DNA of 64,000 nucleotides from Candidatus Eiseniibacteriota bacterium (GTDB lineage Bacteria > Eisenbacteria > RBG-16-71-46), in contig CAVQXP010000004.1 of assembly GCA_963717935.1 (NCBI GenBank), forward strand, positions 1,824,001 to 1,888,000. Reading direction: 5' to 3'. The notes under the pieces are model-generated. The model ran no database searches. It saw only the letters and a list, made by a program, of their open reading frames with translations, and was not told where the DNA came from. Positions within the stretch are counted from its first letter, which is position 1, and the number at the start of each line of letters is the position of its first letter. The position numbers and the translations under genes are program-made. This document shows, piece by piece, positions 1 through 9,713 of this stretch.

Positions 1-85
1 GTTTGGCGGGTAGGATTGCGGTCCTCCAACCCCGGGAGGACCGGAGATGAAGACCAGCAAGTTCACGGTCGAACAGATCGACTAT
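1..85 (+). mobile_element. IS3-family left-end remnant (OrfA N-terminus only)
   Basis: ATG at 47 gives MKTSKFTVEQI, nearly identical to MKTSRFTVEQI of the intact IS3 OrfA at 2863, then diverges. Preceded by ccaaccccgggagga, which also occurs at 936-950. Confidence 0.75.
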
Positions 86-249
86 TTCCCGAACGGGGGG
101 GACGAGCGGGGGCAAGGTGTAGGGACGGCCGGATTCCGCTCGGTTGCTGCGGAGCCGGCGAGGATGCTCGGATGGCGTGATCGCTTCGGGCGGGGCCCGG
201 AGCGATCGATTCGCGGCGCCCCGTCGCCGGATCGCCGGTCGACGGCACC

Positions 250-846
250 GTGAGCGGGTTAGCCCGGGCGGCGGGCGGGAGGGATTGGGCACCGATGCTG
301 CCGATGTTCCTGCAACGGCGGATCCACGATTCGCAGGAGAGGCGGACGCTCGTCCGCGAGGCGAGGGCCAGGATCGGGGCGCTGGTCGGTGACGCCCCGG
401 TCGTCGAGCTCGGCTGTGGATTCGGTCCGAACGCCGCCTTCTGCAAAGGGCCGTACGTGGGAGTGGACATCAGCGGCCGCGCCGTCCAGGAGGCGAAGAG
501 GCGTCACCCCGCCAGGACCTTCCTGTGCGGAGACGTGACGACCGCCAGGGAGGTGGCGCCTCTCCACGCCACCGTCCTGCTCTGCGCGGTGATGCACGAG
601 ATTCCCAACTACGCGGACGTCCTGAGGACGGTCGTGCGGCCCGACACCCGGCGCGTCGTCATCTGCGACTACGATCCGGCCCTGCGCGGCTGGCTCCGGC
701 TGTGGATGTCGGTGTTCGAGCCCCAGGCCGGGAAGTGGTGGGGCTGCCGGCCGGAACTCCTGCTGCCCGACTCCGAATGGAGCGTCCGGAGTGGGCACGT
801 CACCCGCGCCCTCCTCTGGTGGGAGTTCGAGCGGCGATCGCGTTGA
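250..846 (+). CDS. Class I SAM-dependent methyltransferase
   Basis: Motif I VVELGCGFG, YVGVDIS, and post-II LCAVMHEI. The start could be 250 or 295. Confidence 0.8.
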   Translation: MSGLARAAGGRDWAPMLPMFLQRRIHDSQERRTLVREARARIGALVGDAPVVELGCGFGPNAAFCKGPYVGVDISGRAVQEAKRRHPARTFLCGDVTTAREVAPLHATVLLCAVMHEIPNYADVLRTVVRPDTRRVVICDYDPALRGWLRLWMSVFEPQAGKWWGCRPELLLPDSEWSVRSGHVTRALLWWEFERRSR

Positions 847-877
847 ATCGGTGAGGACCGGCGCGGATGGGGAGCGG

Positions 878-1020
878 CGTCTCCCCCGGAAACGACGGCA
901 GTTCTAGACTGGAGTAGGTTGGCCGCTTCGAGGTCCCAACCCCGGGAGGAGGGGATCAATGAAGCGCTCGAAGTTCTCCGAGGAGCAGATCGCCTATGTG
1001 CTGCGCCAGGTCGAAGCCGC
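878..1020 (+). mobile_element. Second IS3-family left-end remnant
   Basis: ATG at 959 gives MKRSKFSEEQIAYVLRQVEA, a typical IS3/IS407 OrfA start, after a GGAGGAGG RBS. Shares the upstream 15-mer with the remnant at 26-40. No OrfB follows. Confidence 0.75.
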
Positions 1021-1045
1021 GCTCGAGGTGGGCGGTCTGCTCAAG

Positions 1046-1819
1046 CTACTGAAGCGCCTGTACACGCCTCGCGAAGAAGACAACAACCCCTAGCAGCAGT
1101 CCGATGATCAAGTATGCGAGCACGCGGGATACTCCGAGGGTGACATGCCAGCGGGTCGCATCGACATCCGTGCCCAGCACCGCGATGACTTGGCCGCTGG
1201 ACGGATCCCTGACCGGCGCCAATCCGGATACCCACGTTCCCCAACGGTCGGTGACTGGCCCCTCGACGAAGGGCTCGCCGGTCGTGAATGAGCGTACCAA
1301 CTCCGGCGTCGCGTCTTCGTACACTTCCCCCGGAGGCGAATAGTCGCTCGAGGCGGGGTCCGTGGAATCGAGCAGGAACACGACCGCGCTGTCATTCCGA
1401 CCCATGAGGTAGCTGAATCGTACTTCAGGGTGAGCCGTGCGTATCTCGATCAAACGGGTCACGAGTGCCTTGAAGGCCGGGGTGCTCTCGTCCGCAGGCT
1501 GGCCGGTCAACACCTGGATCTGGCTCACATCCAGCGAGTTCGCAAACGCCTGTGTGCACGCCTTCAGGCGTGATCTCTCGAAGTGCACACCGTGGCTCGC
1601 CACGAAGCTCAGCAGCAGGTTGCCGATGACCGCGACCAGCAGAATGCCCACCGCCGCAACCGTGATCAGGGGCACGCGCGACCTCGGCGGAGCGGTTTCG
1701 CGCTCCCAGCCCGGCAGAGGCGCCGTGCGATGGGCCGTGCGCTCGGGCGGTTCCAGCCCGCCCGTCGACGGGCTAATGAGCCCTGCGCAACGTGTGGGCG
1801 CTCTCTGAGGCACCGGCAT
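1046..1819 (-). CDS. Two-TM membrane protein with extracytoplasmic Cache-like sensor domain, no cytoplasmic output (possibly truncated)
   Basis: TM1 (LITVAAVGILLVAVIG), then the sensor motif DYSPPGEVYEDA...VEGPVTDRWGTWVSGLAPVRD typical of kinase/cyclase N-termini, then TM2 and a stop about 7 codons later. Confidence 0.7.
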   Translation of the reverse strand: MPVPQRAPTRCAGLISPSTGGLEPPERTAHRTAPLPGWERETAPPRSRVPLITVAAVGILLVAVIGNLLLSFVASHGVHFERSRLKACTQAFANSLDVSQIQVLTGQPADESTPAFKALVTRLIEIRTAHPEVRFSYLMGRNDSAVVFLLDSTDPASSDYSPPGEVYEDATPELVRSFTTGEPFVEGPVTDRWGTWVSGLAPVRDPSSGQVIAVLGTDVDATRWHVTLGVSRVLAYLIIGLLLGVVVFFARRVQALQ

Positions 1820-1878
1820 TAGCTTTGTACTCCGATTCCGGCTGGCTCCAGGACGACGACGCCTCGCCGCGGAGCCCG

Positions 1879-2616
1879 CTAGGGAGATGCGACCGTAAGC
1901 GCTAGCAGCCAGCCGGGAGAGACCCGACTCTCTCCAATCAGATCTCGGTTTTCCCACGCCCATTGCCGTTGCAGCGAAGACTCAAATGAGAGACCCGCCC
2001 GTTCCAAAGTCACGGTCACGCCAGTCTCCAGCGCAGTCATGCCGGACACGCCGTAGTAGTGCTCGAGACCGTACAGCTTGGACGTCACTGAGAATGAGGC
2101 CCGGGACATCGACCATCCGCGCGACAGTCCCGCTGTCCAGTAGCCTCCATGCCCTTCCGCGACATCCCAATGGAGGTCGAGCGTAGGCTCCAGAGATGTC
2201 TTGAGTCCCAAGGTTCCGATCAGTTCCTGCGTCGGACTCCAGTCGCGGTGGGGGTATTGGAGGTGAGCAATCCCAACCGAGCCCAAGGCTCGGCTCCGTT
2301 CCCAGTCATACTGAACGCCCACATCCAACTCATTGACTTCGCTACGTGCTTGATCCCAGTTGCTCCAGAGCTGCAACGAAAGTCCGTTCCAACCCGCCGT
2401 CACCTGGGGTTGGAATACCGGCTTGCCTTCGCTGTAGTCGAATCCGCCATGGAACAAGTATTTCGATGCATACGTCACGCCCCACTCGATGCTGGTCGCG
2501 GGCGTGGCCGAAGAGTCGCTCGGCAGGGCCGCATCCAAGGCCGCGGCACTCGCCGGAAGGGCGAAGAGGCAGCAGGCCACGATCGTGGCGACTGAGTGAA
2601 GACGGCGTGAGGTCAC
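1879..2616 (-). CDS. TorF/TIGR02001-like putative outer-membrane porin
   Basis: Signal peptide; YASKYLFHGGFDYSEGKPVFQP and NELDVGVQY segments typical of the family; amphipathic beta strands. Confidence 0.6.
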   Translation of the reverse strand: MTSRRLHSVATIVACCLFALPASAAALDAALPSDSSATPATSIEWGVTYASKYLFHGGFDYSEGKPVFQPQVTAGWNGLSLQLWSNWDQARSEVNELDVGVQYDWERSRALGSVGIAHLQYPHRDWSPTQELIGTLGLKTSLEPTLDLHWDVAEGHGGYWTAGLSRGWSMSRASFSVTSKLYGLEHYYGVSGMTALETGVTVTLERAGLSFESSLQRQWAWENRDLIGESRVSPGWLLALTVASP

Positions 2617-2862
2617 AATGCGTTAGGGTCCATGGTCCGTTCTCAGTTGTCGGCAGGTTTGGCGCGATTGTGAGGGAAATCTGAAGTTCCGTGGCGCTCT
2701 GGAAGTGAATGGTCGCTCCCTGCGTCGCGGAGCCGGTCGTCATGCCAGGCGAGGGGTAGGGGGCGCGCTGCGGGCTGATCCGCACCCGGTTTCCTGGAGC
2801 AGCGGGACTGTCGCAATGAGCTAACCTCGGGGCCTCCTGAACCGCAAGGAGGAGGACCCAGG

Positions 2863-3129
2863 ATGAAGACGAGCAGGTTCACGGTCGAGCAGATCGCCCA
2901 GGCCTTGAAGCGGGTCGAGGGCGGGGTGGTGGTTGGCGAGGTCTGTCGGGAGCTGGGCATCACCGAGACGACCTTCTACCGCTGGAAGCGAAAGTTCGGC
3001 GGGATCTCCTCGCCGGAGCTGCGGGAGCTGCGGCAGCTGCGGGACGAGAACCGGCGCCTCAAAGCCGTCGTCGCGGACCTGACGCTGGACCGCACGATGC
3101 TGCAGGAGGCGCTCCGAAAAAAGTGGTAA
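2863..3129 (+). CDS. IS3 transposase OrfA (HTH)
   Basis: VCRELGITETTFYRWKRKFGG HTH followed by a leucine-zipper segment. Confidence 0.93.
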   Translation: MKTSRFTVEQIAQALKRVEGGVVVGEVCRELGITETTFYRWKRKFGGISSPELRELRQLRDENRRLKAVVADLTLDRTMLQEALRKKW

Positions 3130-4004
3130 GGCCGGTCGAGCGCCGCGCCGTGACCCGCTGGATGCAGGAGGCCTACCGCGTGAGTCTGCGCCAGGCCTGC
3201 CGTGCCTCGGGAACGGCCTTGTCCTCGATGCTGTACCGCCCGGTCCGGCCGGATCAGTTCCCGCTGCGCCAGAGGATCAAGGAGATCGCGACGAACCGGG
3301 TGAGCTACGGGTATCGCCGCGTACAGGTGCTGCTGCGTCGCGAAGGCTGGAAGGTGAACGCCAAGCGGACGTACCGGCTGTATCGGGAGGAAGGGCTCTG
3401 TTTGCGGTCGAAACGGCCCAAGCGGCGCCGCAGTGCGCTGCGTCGACAGGAGACGATCACGGCCACCGGGACGAACCAGCTCTGGGCGATGGACTTCGTG
3501 AGCGATGCGCTGGCGGATGGCCGGAAGCTGCGGGTGCTGACGGTGCTCGACACGTTCACGCGCGAGTGCGTCGCGCTCGAGGCGAGCGGCTCCTTCGGCG
3601 GCGCCGAGGTCGCCCGCGTGCTGACGCGCGAAGGCGTCCGGCGCGGGTTGCCGGCGGTGATTCACGTGGACAACGGGACGGAGTTCACCTCGAAGGCGTT
3701 CGACCACTGGGCCTACATGAATCACGTGCGGCTGGACTTCAGCCGTCCGGGCAAGCCGACCGACAACCCCTTCATCGAGAGCTTCAACGCCCAGCTGCGG
3801 CGTGAGTGCTTATCGCAACACTACTTTCTGTCTGTCATCGACGCCCGGGTGGCGCTGGACGCCTGGCGGGAGGAGTACAACAACCGACGGCCCCACGGGA
3901 GCTTGGGGCAGCGGACCCCGGCGGAGTATCGTGCCGAGGTCGAAGGCGCCGAGGCGCCCGAGGAACTCGCTTTGAGCGTGCCCGGCTGCTCCAGCGGCGG
4001 GTAG
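3123..4004 (+). CDS. IS3 transposase OrfB (DDE/rve), fused to OrfA by -1 programmed frameshift
   Basis: WAMDF, VDNGTEF and IESFN DDE motifs; A6G slippery site at the overlap. Confidence 0.93.
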   Translation: MVRPVERRAVTRWMQEAYRVSLRQACRASGTALSSMLYRPVRPDQFPLRQRIKEIATNRVSYGYRRVQVLLRREGWKVNAKRTYRLYREEGLCLRSKRPKRRRSALRRQETITATGTNQLWAMDFVSDALADGRKLRVLTVLDTFTRECVALEASGSFGGAEVARVLTREGVRRGLPAVIHVDNGTEFTSKAFDHWAYMNHVRLDFSRPGKPTDNPFIESFNAQLRRECLSQHYFLSVIDARVALDAWREEYNNRRPHGSLGQRTPAEYRAEVEGAEAPEELALSVPGCSSGG

Positions 4005-4080
4005 CGGATCAGTCGCTTGCCCATCGCCAGCCGGGTGATAGGGTTTGGGACATTGATCGGGGCAGACTAGGGGGGGCGGC

Positions 4081-4680
4081 ATGGAATGGTCCTTGTTTCG
4101 TTACGTGAGTTTCCTCGCGGCGGGAGCTTTGTTCGCCGCTCCCGGGGGGAGCGCAGCGGGACCTCGGCTTTCCGGGCACATCGAGGGCGGCCTCGGATTC
4201 GCTGACGTGCGCCCTCTGACCAGCCCCACGACTCTCGGCGCGACGGTGTGGGTGGGGGGAGGCGTGCCCTTGGGGCGCGGACGTGCGACGCTCGAAATTG
4301 CTGCGACCGTCGGAGACGACATCGGCGCAAAGGTGCCTGAGGGCCCGTTCTCCGGGTCCAGGTCGTTGACCACGTTCCTGCTGGGGATGGAACTTGTCGA
4401 TTCGGGGGACGCGAGGGGCTTCTTCGTCTCGGCGGGCGTGGGAATCGGTCACTGGACCCTCTCGGGAGCCACGCGCGGGTGGTGCGACTTTCCCGACCCC
4501 GGGTGGTCGATACCGGCGCGCGACCTGACTGCATTCGCTTTCGGCGGGGGCGCAGGATTCCGCACTTGCGGCGGCCCCGGTCCGTTGGGCTTTCAACTCG
4601 CTCTGCGGTTCCACGGTGCCGTAGACGCGGCGCGCATCGCCGCGTCGGGAACTGCCCTCACGCTGGGCTTGGCCTATTAG
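4081..4680 (+). CDS. Small outer-membrane beta-barrel protein
   Basis: Signal peptide, Gly/aromatic alternating strands (FFVSAGVGIG, FAFGGGAGF), C-terminal LTLGLAY. Confidence 0.6.
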   Translation: MEWSLFRYVSFLAAGALFAAPGGSAAGPRLSGHIEGGLGFADVRPLTSPTTLGATVWVGGGVPLGRGRATLEIAATVGDDIGAKVPEGPFSGSRSLTTFLLGMELVDSGDARGFFVSAGVGIGHWTLSGATRGWCDFPDPGWSIPARDLTAFAFGGGAGFRTCGGPGPLGFQLALRFHGAVDAARIAASGTALTLGLAY

Positions 4681-5194
4681 GCAGCCGCACGAGTGACGAG
4701 CGCGGGTCCTTCCCGGGCCCGAGATGCGCGGTAACGGCGAAGCGCATCGTCCCCCTAGAGCATGCGCGGCGCGAAGGGGCGCTTCGTTTCGCTTTCGACC
4801 GTGGCTGCGGATTCTGAGGGGGTGCGTGGCGAGCCCCGCGACTCGCGGCGGAGCCCGGGCAGTGCGGGCTGGCTGGTTGCCCCGGCCACGCTCTGGAGGG
4901 GAGCGCCATGCATCTTCTGGGAGGTACGAGGCCGGCTAGTGCGTTGTCTCGCAAGCCAATACGGCTGCCCGCCGCCGGAGTGAGGCTCGAGCTTTACTTT
5001 TCGCTCGCCCGCCGTCTATCTTGCCGGCGTTGTCGAAGAAGTCGTAGTTGAGAGAGTGCCCATCGGGTTTCCGCGCACGCGAGAGCACGACGGCCCCTGG
5101 AAGTCGGCCCCAAGCCGAGCAACATGTCGTGTAGGGATAGGGACGGATCAAGCGAAGTGGTCACTTTGCGCCTGGAGGCGCGGAGGCACCCAGC

Positions 5195-5495
5195 TTGTTG
5201 TCCGTCCGACATCTCAAGAACGTCATGGGACCCGGCCTGGCCCTGACCGATGAGCAGTTGTCGGAGTTGCGCGACCAAGCCTACGAACTAGCCCGCGCCG
5301 CCGTCGTCCTGTACGACGATCCCCGCCAGAAGTCCCTTCCAGCCGTCACTCGCCCCACTCGCTCGCTTCTCCGACTCGTTCCGCCCCATCGGCTCGAAGA
5401 AGCCGAGGAGCGCGCCGCCAGCCGCGAGTTCGACGGGGGGCTGCCCCGCGCTGATGCCGAGCGCGCCGCGGTCACGGACCTCGGCCTCCCGGGCG

Positions 5496-5503
<8 letters not shown>
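5195..5503 (+). CDS. Small hypothetical protein overlapping the recombinase start
   Basis: GGAGG RBS and TTG start. The EERAASREFDGGLPRADAERAA motif resembles small proteins of phage/integrative elements (from recall). Its stop overlaps the recombinase ATG. Confidence 0.6.
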
Positions 5504-7048
<1,545 letters not shown>

Positions 7049-7070
7049 GCAGGTGCTGCAGGGGCCGCAC

Positions 7071-7100
7071 ACCTTAGAGGCGTCGGTAGGCCCCGTGCAA
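7071..7100 (-). promoter_or_regulatory. Sigma70-type promoter of tRNA-Glu
   Basis: TTGCAC-N18-TAAGGT, ending 22 nt before the tRNA 5' end. Confidence 0.55.
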
Positions 7101-7128
7101 GCAGGGCCCACCGACACGGTGGTGCGGG

Positions 7129-8916
7129 TCAGGGCGTGACGCGGACCGTGCGCGAGAGGACCCGTGCCTCGTCCACGGCGCCGTTCGAAACCAACTCGCT
7201 GGCCTTGCGCTCCGCGGTGTCGCGATCCGGGAACGCACCGATGATGACGGCGTACATCGTCGTGCCTTCCCGGAGCACCTCGGCAAGCCGGCCGGTCAGC
7301 CCGCTCGCTCCGCGGACGCGCGCGAGTTCGGATTCGGCCCGGGCGCGGTCCAGGTACGTGCCCACCGAGAGGCCGAACTCCTGGGTCGTCGCCGGCGGGG
7401 CTGGCGGGGTGGTGACGGTGGGCTTCGCGATCGTGCCTGGCGGAGGCGCCGTCACCTGCGCCGGGACGGGGTGGCTCGCCGCGGTCGTGGGCGCCGTCGT
7501 CATGGACGAGCCGGCCCCGGTGGAGTCCATGCCCCGCAGCGCTGCGGTCGAGTCGCTCGTCACGGCCGGCAGGGTGTCGGCCGCGAGCGTCATGTCGGTC
7601 GGGAGCACGGGGCTCTCGGGCTTGGCCCAGGGTCCGAAACGGAACAGGAGGAGCGTGCCCATGGCCACGACGGCGGTCACCGCGACCCCGATGAGCCACT
7701 TGATGCCGGCGTGCGAGGGTGCCTCCGGCTCCTCGTCGCGCAGGCGGACGTAGAGGCGAGACGGGAGCGTGTCGGCGGGGGAGGCGCCTGCGCCGGGCGC
7801 CGGAGGCTCGAGGGCGCTCTCGGCGGCATAGCGGGTTCGCGGCTCGACCGGTGCAGGTTCGGCCGGGGGCTCCGGCTCGCGCGGGATCTCGATCCTCTGG
7901 ACCTCCTCCAGCGTCAGTGCGGGCGGAGCGGGCGACTCGGGCGTGGCGTCGGCGCTCTGCGGTGGCTGCGCGAGCGACGAGGCCCGGGCCCCTGGGGGGC
8001 TCGCCCCGGTGCCGGTCTGCGGCGCCGCGAGCGAGCGGGGTGGCACGGCCGCGGGCCACGCGGGCAGTGGCGGCAGGCGTGGGTCGGTCTCGCTCCCCGG
8101 CAGCACGCTCTGGAACGTGGTTTCCTGGGCCGCGGAGCGCACGTGCCCGGGGCTCACGCCGGGCACGCCCTCCACGTAGGCGTCGAGCATGGCCTGCGCA
8201 CAGATCTGGTTGATCTCGCGCGGGATGCCGTTCGTGACGGCATGGACCTCGGCGCAGGTCTCCGACGGGAACACGCGGGGCGCATCGCCCCCGGCGACGC
8301 TGATGCGATACCGGATGTAGCGCTCGGTCTCGCCGGGTTTCAGCGGGCGCAGGCGGTAGTGCACGGGGATCCGCTGGCGCAACTGGCGCAGCTCGGGGAG
8401 CGAGAGCTTGGCCTCGAGCTCGGGCTGACCGACGAGGATGATCTGCACCAGTTTCTCGCCGCCGGCCTCGAGGTTCGAGAGCAGCCGGATCTCCTCGAGC
8501 AGTTCGCGGTCGAAGTTCTGGGCCTCGTCGAGCAGCAGGATGGCGCGCTCGCCGCGCCCGCGCAGCGCGAGCAGGTGCTGCTCCAGCCGGGCCATGGCCT
8601 GCGGCTTCGTGGCGGGCGGCGTGACGCCGACACCGAAGCGCAGGCAGATCTCCTCGATCAGTTCGCCGCGGGTCAGCGCGGAGTTGGTGATGAGCGCGAC
8701 CGAGACCCGCGTCTGCAGCTCGGCGAGCGCCTCGAACAGAGCGGTCGTCTTGCCGGTCCCGACCTCGCCGGTGATGAGCACGAACGGCTCGAGGTTCTCG
8801 ATGCCGTAGCGCAGGTGGGCGAGCGCTTCCTGGTGCTCGTGGCTGGGGTAGATGAAGCGCGACTGGTGGCCCGAGGCGAAGGGGTTCTCACGAAGTCCGA
8901 AATGGCTCTCGAACAT
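7129..8916 (-). CDS. ExeA/GspA-family AAA ATPase with Pro-rich linker, TM and C-terminal SPOR domain
   Basis: FGLRENPF start, Walker A GEVGTGKTT, LLLDEAQ, LVGQPEL, LRQRI; C-terminal SPOR-like segment (YAVIIGAFPDRDTAE). Confidence 0.88.
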   Translation of the reverse strand: MFESHFGLRENPFASGHQSRFIYPSHEHQEALAHLRYGIENLEPFVLITGEVGTGKTTALFEALAELQTRVSVALITNSALTRGELIEEICLRFGVGVTPPATKPQAMARLEQHLLALRGRGERAILLLDEAQNFDRELLEEIRLLSNLEAGGEKLVQIILVGQPELEAKLSLPELRQLRQRIPVHYRLRPLKPGETERYIRYRISVAGGDAPRVFPSETCAEVHAVTNGIPREINQICAQAMLDAYVEGVPGVSPGHVRSAAQETTFQSVLPGSETDPRLPPLPAWPAAVPPRSLAAPQTGTGASPPGARASSLAQPPQSADATPESPAPPALTLEEVQRIEIPREPEPPAEPAPVEPRTRYAAESALEPPAPGAGASPADTLPSRLYVRLRDEEPEAPSHAGIKWLIGVAVTAVVAMGTLLLFRFGPWAKPESPVLPTDMTLAADTLPAVTSDSTAALRGMDSTGAGSSMTTAPTTAASHPVPAQVTAPPPGTIAKPTVTTPPAPPATTQEFGLSVGTYLDRARAESELARVRGASGLTGRLAEVLREGTTMYAVIIGAFPDRDTAERKASELVSNGAVDEARVLSRTVRVTP

Positions 8917-8969
8917 GGGTCAGCTTTCCCGGATCCTGGAGCGTGGAGCCGAGCCCGTCAGCCCCGGGG

Positions 8970-8996
8970 TCATCGGCGGGAGCTTCCCGGGCCTGG
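8970..8996 (-). promoter_or_regulatory. Sigma28-like promoter upstream of exeA-SPOR
   Basis: CCAGG-N14-GCCGATGA on the minus strand. Confidence 0.4.
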
Positions 8997-9010
8997 CCAT
9001 CGGGCGCGGC

Positions 9011-9592
9011 TCAGCCCCGCTCCGCGGGGAGCAGGTCGTTCACGGCGAAGAGCGGGGTGAACGGATAGCCGCGCTGGTGGAAGACCTGCGCGGCGCCCTG
9101 GTTCCGGTCCACCACGGTGACGATGCGCACGACCTCGGCCTTGTAGGACTCGGCCGCCTCGGCCGCGATCAGGGCGCTCTCGCCGCTGGTGATGACGTCG
9201 TCGAGGATGGCCACGCGCTTGTGACCCGCGAGGTTACCCTCGACCTGGCCGCGCGTGCCGTGGTCCTTCGTGCTGCGCCGCACGAGGAAGCCGTCCAACG
9301 GATGGCCAACCTGGGCGCTGTGCAGCATCAGGCCGGCGACCAGCGGGTCGGCGCCCATGGTGAGTCCGCCGATGGCGGTGATGCCCTCCGGCTCCAGCAG
9401 CTCCCAGAACAGCCGCGAGATCCACTGCAGACCCTGCGGGTGGAGGCTGGTCTTGCGGACATCGATATAGTAATTGGAGGTGACACCCGAGCTGAGGACG
9501 AACTCGCCGAAGCGCATCGAGCGCTCGAGCAGCATCCGGCGAAGATGGTCGCGGTCCGGACTCTCCAAGGATCCCTCCGGGGGCGGAATCAC
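9011..9592 (-). CDS. pyrE: Orotate phosphoribosyltransferase
   Basis: FGEFVLSSG..SNYYID, GGLTMGADP, KDHGT, and PRPP motif ILDDVITSGES. Confidence 0.93.
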   Translation of the reverse strand: MIPPPEGSLESPDRDHLRRMLLERSMRFGEFVLSSGVTSNYYIDVRKTSLHPQGLQWISRLFWELLEPEGITAIGGLTMGADPLVAGLMLHSAQVGHPLDGFLVRRSTKDHGTRGQVEGNLAGHKRVAILDDVITSGESALIAAEAAESYKAEVVRIVTVVDRNQGAAQVFHQRGYPFTPLFAVNDLLPAERG

Positions 9593-9617
9593 GGCGTCGT
9601 TCCATTGGCGGCAACGG

Positions 9618-9647
9618 AGTGTGCCCGCGGCCCCTGCCCGGCGTCAA
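9618..9647 (-). promoter_or_regulatory. Sigma70-type promoter of pyrE
   Basis: TTGACG-N18-CACACT. Confidence 0.5.
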
Positions 9648-9680
9648 GCGCAAGGCTGTCCGGCCCCTGCGGGGTCCGCC

Positions 9681-9710
9681 TTGACCCCACTCGGACGCGC
9701 TCCCTAGACT
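9681..9710 (+). promoter_or_regulatory. Sigma70-type promoter of the subtilase gene
   Basis: TTGACC-N18-TAGACT; the same hexamers and spacing recur at 20222-20251. Confidence 0.6.
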
Positions 9711-9713
9711 TGA

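Larger units (their letters stand above)
2776..4011 (+). mobile_element. IS3-family insertion sequence, apparently complete (1236 bp)
   Basis: TG...CA termini with imperfect IRs (TGATCCGCACCCGGTTTCCTGGAGCAGC vs reverse complement TGATCCGCTACCCGCCGCTGGAGCAGC). OrfA and OrfB are linked by AAAAAAG at 3117-3123. Confidence 0.93.

Noticed and set aside
1..8. gtttggcg as the second att copy matching 6970-6977
   Set aside because: Only 8 nt match, it does not continue into tRNA sequence, and it lies within an IS3 leader.
4700..5150. Short ORFs or ncRNA between the barrel gene and the recombinase module
   Set aside because: No recognisable motif, consistent codon bias or convincing structure.
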